In this document: in pieces, positions 35,788 through 46,924 of the stretch
How positions within the stretch are numbered: position 1 is the stretch's first letter
How the letters are laid out: every line of letters starts with the position of its first letter
Origin: Octopus sinensis
Lineage: Eukaryota
Length of the DNA stretch: 64,000 nucleotides
Direction: 5' to 3'
Assembly: GCF_006345805.1 (NCBI RefSeq)
Contig: NC_043000.1
Coordinates: 160,332,001-160,396,000 of the forward strand
The notes under the pieces: generated by a model
Database searches by the model: none
Told to the model about the DNA's origin: nothing
Seen by the model: only the letters and a program-made list of their open reading frames with translations
Made by a program: the position numbers and the translations under genes

Positions 35788-36974
35788 ACTGTTGTTCTCC
35801 TTGTCCTGTCTTTTACTGTTTATATTTTGTACTGTCGTTACTGTCCTGTTTTTGTTACCATTTTTACCCCTCTGCAAAAAAATCTCAAATTTTATTTAAT
35901 TTGATTTTCGCGGGAAGGAATGTTTCAGTTGAAGTTGCGTCTCGCCTTCACCTTCGAAACGCAGAGTAGATGAAACCATGGCGACTGAATAAGGGGAATT
36001 TTCCTTATGCTATTTGTCCTGTACTCTATTTTTTCGTTGTTTAGAAAAATGTCCAGTTCCTTGGTTTTGTGTTCATGTTTTCGTTTCTCATTGTATTCGA
36101 CGTATTTTTTGGTGTCCTGTACCCATATATGTATGTATAAATACATGTAGATGTAGGTACGTACATATATGTATGTATGTATGCATATGTTTTATTTATT
36201 AATTTGTTATATATATATTCCGGTTGTTTATATTATTTTGCCGTCTCTTTTTCTGCGTCAAAAGTAATTTATGCAGAAACTATTTGATAGTCATATGTTT
36301 TTATAGAAATAAATTCTAATAGTAGACTTCAGTACAGTAGTGTCTAGCTATTGTGTAGTATGGAGTAGCTAAGTGCACAGTTGTTTCAAAGCAATTCATT
36401 CTACTGTTGTGGATGTGGGGATAATTAAATTACTCCGTTATCTTCAAAGATTAATAATGTTCTTCCCAGTGATGTTCTCTCCTTCCAAGTGAAATCGATG
36501 GTAATAATGGTATTGCTGATTTTGGTAATGATGATGATGCGGATATTAACACTGTTGATATTAGTGATGCTGGTGATGTTACCGATGCCAATAATAGCAG
36601 ACCACATAGTGATGATGGTGGTGGTGTGTCGGCGGCGGGATGGGGTGTTTGAGGATGGTGGTTTGATGGTGGTGATGGTGGTGGTGATTGTGGTAGTAAT
36701 GATGTTGAGTTTAACTTTACTGATGTTATTAATATGAATGCTGTACAAAGCAGGTTGGCTCTAACCGAATAGTCCTGTAATCAAAGACATTCCAGGCGTG
36801 ACAGTTCAATGTAACGTGTTCAATAAATAAATAAATAAATATATATTTCTTTACTACCCACAAGGGGCTAAACATAGAGGGGACAAACAAGGACAGAGAA
36901 AGGGATTAAGTCGATTACATCGACACCAGTGCGAAACTGGTGCTTTATTTATCGACCCCGAAAGGATAAAAGGC
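33560..36974. repeat. Near-identical tandem duplication: copy 1 about 33560-35262, copy 2 about 35311-36974, bounded by (TA)n tracts
   Basis: Unique sequence such as gctcgagcgtaagtccgttc (33595/35349) through gaaaggataaaaggc (35262/36974) is repeated. The differences I found are two substitutions, single-base indels and microsatellite lengths. Confidence 0.95.
35138..35262 (-). mobile_element. SINE family E-related 3' fragment (duplicated at 36848-36974)
   Basis: gattaagtcgattacatcgacaccagtgcgaaactggtgctttatttatcgaccccgaaaggataaaaggc, truncated at a TA tract. Confidence 0.7.
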
Positions 36975-36983
36975 ATATATATA

Positions 36984-37017
<34 letters not shown>

Positions 37018-37021
<4 letters not shown>

Positions 37022-37279
37022 ACAATCAAGGAACGGCCATAATAGGCCATTCACCCACTAGAAATAACAGCCAAAGCTTCAACCGCAAATAAAAATCAAT
37101 TCCGTAAACAGAAGAAAATTTAAAAAACATTTACCCTGTTAAGAAATTACAGGGTAAATGTTTTTTAAACTTTTTAAATTTTCTCCTGTTTACGGAATTG
37201 ATTTTTATTTGCGGTTGAAGCTTTGGCTGTTATTTCTAGTGGGTGAATGGCCTATTATGGCCGTTCCTTGATTGTTGAT
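37018..37279. repeat. 262-bp palindrome (122-bp arms, 9-nt loop)
   Basis: Arms 37018-37139 and 37149-37279 differ by one substitution and a 9-nt duplication (ctttttaaa). Confidence 0.95.
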
Positions 37280-37382
37280 GTTGAACTTAAAAATGGTCTA
37301 TGACTATTTAATTTTTTCCCACTAGGCCGCTGGTGGCAAAAAAATTCTACAAATTTTTTTTTTTTTTTGCCACCCTATATTG

Positions 37383-37418
<36 letters not shown>

Positions 37419-37434
37419 TTTATTATATAGAAGG

Positions 37435-37485
37435 AGCTTCTACAGGACTAGAACTGTTTCATTCAAGAGAAATCATCAGGAAGCT
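37435..37485 (-). ncRNA. Type I hammerhead-ribozyme-like motif with canonical CUGAUGA/GAAA core
   Basis: AGCTTC CTGATGA TTTC TCTT GAAT GAA ACAG TTCTAGTC CTGT A GAAGCT: 6-bp stem I, 4-bp stem III and a GUA triplet; the first stem II pair is a U.U mismatch. Confidence 0.65.
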
Positions 37486-37730
37486 AGTTAACAAGAATTG
37501 TATTGGCATTTATACATTTAGGCAGGTTTAAAGGGGTGGTGGTGGGGGACTTTTTGGGGGTAGGCATAGCGCAAAAATATCATAATTGGGGGAGTGGTCA
37601 AGGAGTCAGTGGTAAAATAGATAAAAGAATAAATAAATAAAAGAATAAATAAAATATAATAAATTAATTTTACTCTGCTATGTATTGAGTACCTTATTTA
37701 CTGTGGTTAACCCCGAATCAACCCGGGACC

Positions 37731-37784
<54 letters not shown>

Positions 37785-37787
<3 letters not shown>

Positions 37788-38187
37788 TCTTTTACTCTTT
37801 TACTTGTTTCACTCATTTGACTGCCGCCATGCTGGAGCACCGCCTTTAATCGAGCAACTCGACCCCGGGACGTATTCTTTGTAAGCCCAGTACTTATTCT
37901 ATCGGTCTCTTTTGCCGAACGGGGACATAAACACACTAGCATCGGTTGTCAAGCAATGCTAGGGGGACAAACACAGACACACAACACACACACATATGCA
38001 CACACACATATATATATATTTATATATACGACGGGCTTCATTCAGTTTCCGACTACCAAATCCACTCACAAGGCATTGGTCGGCCCGAGGCTATAGTAGA
38101 AGACAATTGCCCAAGGTGCCACGCAGTAGGACTGAACCCGGAACCATGTGGTTGGTAAACAAGCTACTTACCACACAGCCACTCCTG
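37785..38187 (-). mobile_element. tRNA-derived SINE family A, near full length
   Basis: Minus strand: ggagtggctgtgtggtaagtagcttg..ggttccgggttcagtcc (A/B boxes), an internal (TA/CA)n stretch and an agtaaaagagta tail. Confidence 0.9.
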
Positions 38188-39459
38188 ATATATTTATATT
38201 ATATTACGAGTAGAAGGTGATATATGATGGAAATGTTTCTAGCAGGTCAAATGACTACGCAGAGACCTCTTCGACCGTTTGATGGTGCTGGGTTCAGTGA
38301 TAGTACTGCTAGTGGCGCTGGTGTTATTTGTGATACAGGAACTGGTGGCGTTGTTAATGTTGAAGCGCTCATCTGCGGTTTGGCTGCGTTGGTGATGGTG
38401 ATGGTGGTGTCAGTGATGGTCATGTTAGTGGTCGTTATGTTGTCGATGAGGACTTTAGTACTGGTTGTGCTGTTAGCCGTAGTACTGCTGGTGTTACCAT
38501 CATTACCACTAACTCAATAGCGGGGATAGGGCTAGTAGCAATGCTTACATTAGTGCTGGTGGTAGTATTATTGGGGTGTGATACTAAGGGAAGTTAATTA
38601 CTTTGGTAGAATCGGAGTATTATGATGCTGGCAATAGAAGTTTTGGTCATAATCAGATGAACCAAACAAATGAGTGACAACTAACGCTGTGTTAATTGCT
38701 AATATAATAGTTACACGAATGATGAATATGATTGATTTATTAATAGTAATGATTGTGCACACGCATGGATATTAAGAATGTCATATGTATAATTATAATT
38801 GTCACATGTTATCACATGGAGTTTCAACTGACACGATACAATGAAGCATTCTTAGTGCGCGCGTTTTCTGGATTGGACTACATCAATTGTACTACTTGAC
38901 TGGAAATTATTTTATCGATCTTGGCAGAGTTTGAACTCAGATAATTTAAAGGTGGTAATCAACAAGATCACGTGATTTTTTTGATGTTTAATCAATTTTT
39001 GCCTGCTGTCTCTCTACTGTCGAAAGACAAGTTGTATACAAGAGTTGAAGACAAATGGAGAATTTGTATACTTTCATTTTCATTCATTGTATCTCCGAAG
39101 AAGTCACATCGATGATGAGGAAAATGTACATATCGTCTACTCTGTTGTCACAGACATAGCAAGGGGCTTCTCAATTGCAGTATTTCAACCAATTACTGCA
39201 AAGCGAAATCTTTCTCAAATTCAGACGAATGTACAACAATCGTTACAGCAGGAAAATCTAGCATGGATACATATTCAAGAAGTTTGCATCGCAATTAAGC
39301 ATCCATTATATAGCGTCGTTGAGAAGCTCTTCTACAATAGCATTGGGTGGAATGAAGGCGTGTATGTAATATTGGGGAGATGGAAGCCTTTCAGGTGGTT
39401 GCTTATTCAAGAGACACGTCAATGACAAAGATAGGCTTTTCAATTAAAAGTACAACACA

Positions 39460-39519
<60 letters not shown>

Positions 39520-39624
39520 GAGTGAGAGTAAAAGAGGTAATAATCAATCCAAAACGATGCTTATAGTTGTAAACCCAGAATGGTTAGCAGATAATGCTGA
39601 CAACAACGGGATTAGATCCTAGAG

Positions 39625-39751
39625 TAACGTTTCTCAACCTTTTTACCCTTGCATAACCTAACTCTTAAAATAAATGACATGTCTCAAGGAACCCCTGCAC
39701 AATTATAAACCATATCTTTTTCATATTTTTTCATCGTAGTTCACGTGGTAA

Positions 39752-39824
<73 letters not shown>

Positions 39825-40011
39825 GGAGAATTCACAAAACCAAAAGACGAAGACAGGTGGTGTAGACAACCAACAGATGTATTAGTTTGACGCCTGGGAA
39901 GTGAAAAAGTCTTTAACCTTTCGAACCTAAGCCCTTCTACAGAAAGGGACACGGAAAGAAACAAGGAGAGAAAATAAAGAATGTGTAGTGGTTAACGATC
40001 TATCATGGCGA

Positions 40012-40042
<31 letters not shown>

Positions 40043-40055
40043 CATACACACACAC

Positions 40056-40134
<79 letters not shown>

Positions 40135-40161
40135 GATATATATGTATATATAATATATTAT

Positions 40162-40244
<83 letters not shown>

Positions 40245-40371
40245 GTATTTATATGCACGTATAATGTGCATATATAGTAATATTATGATCATGAAATTAG
40301 CATTAGCTTATTTCACTCTTTCTCGCAGAACCACTAGGAACATTTCACGGAACCCCGGTTGAGAAACGATG
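39625..40371. mobile_element. hAT-like MITE enlarged by a nested Penelope pLTR fragment and microsatellites
   Basis: TIRs taacgtttctcaacc / ggttgagaaacgatg; flanks tcctagag and tcctagtt (6/8 match), resembling the CTAG-centred Charlie-type target. Confidence 0.65.
39822..40010 (-). mobile_element. Penelope family 1 solo pLTR fragment with hammerhead-like motif at 39911-39946
   Basis: Homologous to 4140-4335 and 23338-23530; the motif reads CTTT CTGTAGA A GGGC TTAG GTTC GAA AGGT T AAAG on the minus strand. Confidence 0.75.
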
Positions 40372-40995
40372 TCCTAGTTTTGTGCGTAGTGCTCTAAAGT
40401 CTACTGCAAATTTATCTCTTAAATACTCTAATGATTCTACCAACTGACCATACTTCTTGGACAGTAGACATGATCTGACGCTTGCTGCTTGTTTGTCTTT
40501 AGTGGAGTTCAATATATTTCAGTTCTTAGGAAAAGGATACTCGATTGAATATAACTCTAAATCGCGATCCATTGATTCCTATTACAGCACTCAATAAATC
40601 ACGGCTTCTTTCTCCATATTCTCAGCTCCTTCCTGAAAATTAAACCATTAAACTATATTCCTCATCAAGCTCAATATTCACACGCCGTTTTTCACCAGGA
40701 ATTTATCCACCTAAGCCTTCAATAGATTTTCATAAACTTCTTGCAAAAATTAAATGAGTGCCAGTTATAGAAAATGTTATTTTTATATCGAAGGTGAAAT
40801 CAGTAAGATTACATGAAATTATTTAATGGATTTGAGAGGATTAAATGATTAGGCATTAGTCTTCGATTGAAAGGTTAGTCAAGCTGGAAGGCGAAGCTTG
40901 TCAAATAGGTGTCGGCAATTATTAGATTCTGGCAAGATTCCTTTCAGCGTTCATAAGACTAATCTGATTTTACGTTAGAAAAAGGCCTCGTGCTT

Positions 40996-41081
<86 letters not shown>

Positions 41082-41479
41082 AACATTATCCATTTAACAC
41101 GTACATTTGACAGATATTTGTAATTTTGACCTTGGAAGAATAAAATTAATCACGGTGCCAGCAGGGTTTGAATATAAAACTTACAAGAGTAAACTAAATA
41201 TTTTACAACATATCATGCAGCTCTCAACTACTACATCGAAATTAATGTACATCATACTAAGTTTTACTAGTTAGGCGTGTCTCAGTTAAAGAAGAGAAGA
41301 GAAATGATACGATGTGATGTCCATGAATTTCTCGATGACATTCGTGCCACGAAGAAAATGGCATGATTTCAATCGACACACAAAATTGTGACTCAGACTA
41401 GATACACTCAGAGATTCTGTCTTTATTTTTCTGTTGTGGGTTTTGAGACTTTCTTCAGCGAACAATAGTTTTTCAATAT

Positions 41480-41655
41480 TCTTTTCTACTCAAGACACAA
41501 GAGATGATATTTTTGGTGGGGGGACCAGTCGATTAGATGAACCCCAGTATGCAACAGGTACTTAATTTATCGACCCCGAAAGGATGAAATGCAAGGTCGA
41601 CCTCGGCGGAATTTGAACTCAGAACGTAAAGACAGACGAAATACCGCTAAGATGT
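41480..41655 (-). mobile_element. Short tRNA-derived SINE family E
   Basis: gtacttaatttatcgaccccgaaaggatgaaatgcaaggtcgacctcggcggaatttgaactcagaacgtaaagacagacgaaataccgctaag (B box gagttcaaattcc on the minus strand). Confidence 0.8.
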
Positions 41656-42019
41656 GTTTTGTTGTTTTTCGCAATCAAAGTGTTAGTCTACGTGAAATTA
41701 AGGGCTGTCACCGTTTTCAGGCTCTTGAGTGAACGGTTTCTGAACACGAACATGTCAGCGAGAGTGAACGGAATTTAAAATCCCATAAGAAAGGAAGAGT
41801 ACATGGTGGTGCAAAGAACTGCCAATCTGCCGTTCTGAATTGATGACGAATTTATTGCACACAAAGGTAACAAAAAAAATACTTGACCTCGACTGGATTT
41901 GAACTCAGATCACAGAGATAAGGGGTATATACTCCAACAAGGAATTCTATTCGACTCATTTGCACTACTCATAACTGTTCTCTTAAATACATTATCTATT
42001 TCTATACACACACACACAA

Positions 42020-42058
<39 letters not shown>

Positions 42059-42064
42059 GATAGG

Positions 42065-42164
<100 letters not shown>

Positions 42165-43439
42165 TAATGGAGTCTTATGAGAGTAGACGTTATAATACGC
42201 AAAGTGGTAAAGCAATATTTTTGGTGAGTGGGAAACAGATGGTTATTATCAATCTCATTACTTGATTGCTATTTTATTTTATCAACCGTAGAAGGTTGCA
42301 AAGCAACATTCACTCAAAATGATTTGAAATCAAATGCAAAGGGCCGCAACTAAATAATGTAAGGCGCTTGACCGATGCACTACCGATTACACTAGTTCGA
42401 CGCCATATGAGACGCTGAAATATGAATAATTATTCCGTTCCGGGATGGAAATCGCGTCGTCCATGTACCCACCCTACTAACCTGTCACAATAGCAACCAA
42501 ATAGTCAACTATTACACCACGGTGAGTGCTGTAACTTAATTATTCATTTGCAATAACTGCTGTTAGCTTGTAAATCATACGTAATGCCCTTCATTTAATT
42601 AAGAGACCAGGTTAATTGGAAATCCGGTATGCGCCATGCATCCCCTTTACAATCCACATCACCATCAACGAATTCATCAAAGTGGTCAATGCTCTCCACA
42701 ACGCTGTGGCCATAATCATCAGTATTATCTTCGTTGTGATGATCATCGCCCTTATTACCCTCATCCCCATCGTTATTCATCATCATCACTACTATCACCA
42801 CCACCACCACTACCACCATCACCATCACTACCACAACAACAATAGCAATCATTATCATCATCATCATCCCCGTCGTTGTCGTTATCCTCATCGTCGTCGT
42901 CGTGATCATTATCATCATCATCGTTCTTGTCGTCGATGTCGTTATCATCATCGTCGACGTCGTCGTCATCATCATCATCATCACCACAATCTGTAGCCAC
43001 AGGAGCAATAACACTACCATCACAACTCTCATCACCTCTACAATTAGGTTCATCACGAACCATTTCCACCATCATAATCATCGACCGCCACAGTATTCAA
43101 ACACTCATATCCATTTCACCTGTTTCCATCTCGCCTCCATCACCTTTCTGTCACTTAGGCTTCCTCCCCCCCACACACACCCATATCCTCATCACGCTCA
43201 TCATCTACACTACTCAGCACCATCTATATCAATACGTATTTTATCTCCGTTCCCTAAATTTCCACCCTCCCGTCCATCATCTTTTCCTCTCGCGTTTCAC
43301 TAATCTAAAAGGGAACTATTTGTACTGCGTTAATGACGTTCACACGTGAATAAATCTCGTTAAACAAAAAAACATTAATTAGTCTAATTATATATTTACG
43401 TGCCGAAATACACACTTCTTTCTTCCTTTCTTTCTTTCT

Positions 43440-43589
43440 TTCTTTCTTCTACTTCCCCCACCACCACCGCCGCCGCCGCCACCGCTGCCCCGCCGCCACC
43501 GCTGCCCCGCCACTACTACTACTACTACTACTATTACTACTACTACTACTACCACCACCACCACCACCACCACTACTACTACTACTAGT

Positions 43590-43621
<32 letters not shown>

Positions 43622-43630
43622 ACCACCACC

Positions 43631-43700
<70 letters not shown>

Positions 43701-43732
43701 GTACCACTACTACTACTACTACTACTACTAGT

Positions 43733-43764
<32 letters not shown>

Positions 43765-43767
43765 ACC

Positions 43768-43818
<51 letters not shown>

Positions 43819-43900
43819 GCTACTACTACTACTACTACTACTACGACGACCACTACTACTACTACTACTACTACTACGACCACTACTACTACTACTACTA

Positions 43901-43939
<39 letters not shown>

Positions 43940-43940
43940 C
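43440..43940. repeat. Long compound (TAC/CAC)n microsatellite
   Basis: Directly visible, with recurring higher-order blocks. Confidence 0.95.
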
Positions 43941-44740
43941 TCTTCTATCTTTCTTTTTCTCTTCTTTCTACTACTCCCTTTTCTCATTTTGTCTATACAT
44001 GATGTAAAATAACATGTATGCGAGTGTATGTGTGTGTGTGCGCCTGAATGTGTGGGCGCATGCTTCTATATATATGTGTATATATGTATGTATATATGTA
44101 TGTATGTATACATGCATATATACACACACACCACAAGTCATCGACGACATGCTTATTTTAATATATTTTGGGAAATGGCTTTCATTTCCATATATTAATA
44201 ACTTAGGGCATAAACCCCTGGACATGACAGAATAGGAATAGGAAGAGTGGATCTTAAGGCCTAAAAACCATATACATGGAGACAGATGTTCCGTACGTCT
44301 ATGTTTATCGACCGGCAGCAATATCAAAGAAGTCTTTATTTCAAAACGTATGTCGAAGAAAATACGACGCTCTCAGTCATACGTTGCGATCATTCATAAA
44401 AATAGACCTCTGACAAAAATTAACATTTTCCTGATAATAAAGTACGGCAATGAATTTGTAGCAACCTCGATTTTAGGGAGCAAATAATTATTTGCTCTTG
44501 GCAACAGAACACAGCTTTTGTATTTTGTATTCTTTTCAAAACAACTATTACAATCATTATATAAAATATTCCGATGTGCTTGGGAGACGTGAATGTAAAA
44601 TATCAATAGAGTTAAATATTTGTCAATGATCTGAGCCTCAAAATATATGTATCGTCAGTGGCTACTTCAGAAACACACTCACTTACACATACACAAAGAT
44701 ATATATATGCATAAGTCATCTACTGAAAGTATATATAAGT

Positions 44741-44834
<94 letters not shown>

Positions 44835-44923
44835 CAAGAAGTAGTAAACTACATGGATATATATATATATATATATATATTTCACTCAACATCAAATCCC
44901 TTCATTCTTTATCTGAGTATATA

Positions 44924-46152
44924 TTAGGTCATCCTATAAATAATGTGATGTTGCATCAACTTGCTATAAAAGCAGGTAGTAATTTTACCTTTTACGTATT
45001 TTTAGTACACGTTTTAAAGAGTCCAGCTCCATTTTAACAGTTATTTTTTCAAAGCTGTAGTGGAAGTGACAGAGGAGCATATTCGGCTTATTTTGATTTA
45101 TGAGTCCAATAAAAGCAAAAACGCACCGGAAAGTACGGGGAATATTAATGCAGGATATGGATATCGGAAAATAAGAGTAAGCCAGTGTCAACGTAGGTTC
45201 CAGAAATTCCGAGCTGGAAACTACAGCCTACAAGACGAGCCTCGTCCTGGAAAATCTGTAGAGCACGACGAGGAAGTCCCGCAAACCCCGTGGAACAAAA
45301 TTCCGTCGTAACTGTTGAGGAACTAGCAGAGAAACTTGGATTTGGGCATGCAACCATTCATCGACACCTTCGTGCCATCGGGAAAGTCAACAAATCGGGT
45401 CAGTGGGGTCTTCACAAACTTTCCGAGTCTAACTGCGCGCAGAGAGTGAATGTATGCTCTTCTTTGCTGTCGCGTCTTACGAATGGACCTTTTCTGGACA
45501 GAATAGTGGCGGGTGACGAGAAATGGGCTCTCTGTGAAAATGTCAAGCACTCAAGACAGTGAGCTGGAAAACGAGAGACACTGGCACCCAAGTCTTCAAT
45601 GACATAAAGTGTTCTTATCTGTTTAGTGAAAAGTTTATTCCACTTTGAACTTTTAAACCAAAACCAAGCGATAAGAAAGGAGATCTACTACGAGCACCTT
45701 GGGCGGTTTAAGTCAGCGCTAGAAGGAAAACGACCATCTTTGGTTTGAAGACGAATGGTGTTTTTCCATCAGGATAATGCTGGGCCACATACAGCGAGGA
45801 TGCCATTCCAAAGGCAGGAGCAGTGTGAATGGGAATCGATGCTCCACCCACCATATTCGCCGGACATTGCCCCATCTGCTTGTCATTTATTCCGTAATCT
45901 TCAAAATCATTTGGACAGAATAACAGGAATTTTGTAGACGGGGTCAAAACAGAACTGAAGGAGTATTTTTCGTTACGGACAGTGAATTAATATATCTACG
46001 GACAAGTGAATTCATATATCTACCAGATATATGAAAGAGTATTGTAGAAAATGATGGAGAGTATATTTTAGATAAAAAATGAACTCTGTTTATCTTACAT
46101 AAGAAAAATAAAAGAAGTATTAAAAAACCGCATTATTTAGGGGATGACCCAA
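44924..46152 (+). mobile_element. Full-length decayed mariner transposon (transposase pseudogene about 45060-46040)
   Basis: TIRs ttaggtcatcctataaataatgtg / cgcattatttaggggatgacccaa with TA at both ends. Frameshifted motifs: FQKFRAGNYSLQDEPRPG, TIHRHL, WGLHKLSE, IVAGDEKW, FHQDNAGPH and HPPYSPDIAPS. Confidence 0.95.
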
Positions 46153-46924
46153 TATAAATATATTACTGTATGCATTCATGTATGCATGATAGGGGCAGGG
46201 AGATAAAAGGAGATATACATTACCAGCCAAAAGTACAGTGGTATCTGTAGTCTGATTGGAACATGACAGCTTTTGTGTAAACACACAAAACTCATATTTC
46301 CAAACACTCATTAAAAATACACGCACTCACACAAGCAAACAAGCACACACACGTACTTCAGACATACAAAGCAAAAGATTTTAGCTGTAAATATATAGGT
46401 CTGTAATATACATTGCTAGTTTTAAATTTCTTTTTATTATCAGTAAAGAGAAATATCGTTTTACTCTCCGGCTCTGGTGAAACGTGACAACCTTGACGAA
46501 AAATATAATAAGAGATTTGTTAGGGAGTAAGCGGTAGGGTCAAAGCAACGTGAACTTTTACAAGAGACTTACGGGAATACATACTAACAAACATATTGGG
46601 TTTCAGAAACGACAGTTAAATAATCAGTCAGACAGTAAACCTTAAAGTAAGGGCCTGACAACTGAACCCATAAACAATGTTTTTTTTTTTATTTCTTGTT
46701 TTTTTAATCTACAGTTTTCTAGGATTGGATGAAAGGAAATTTAAGCTTTCGTTAAGTAAAAAAGGTGGTGCAGTTTCACTTTCCAACTGAAGCAATTTGG
46801 CTGACTGTATAATATTGCTAAGCTAAATGGCATGAAATTCCTGATGCTCAAATTCTTTTTGTCTGAAAATATCGTGTTTTAATTTTACCAAAACTAAAGT
46901 ATTATTATTATTATGTTCATGCAG

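Noticed and set aside
42595-43349. His/Asp/Ile/Thr-rich ORFs (also 17099-17608, 34668-34941, 38224-38520, 53949-54428, 55444-55773)
   Set aside because: Decayed trinucleotide repeats open on both strands, with no domain or splice support.
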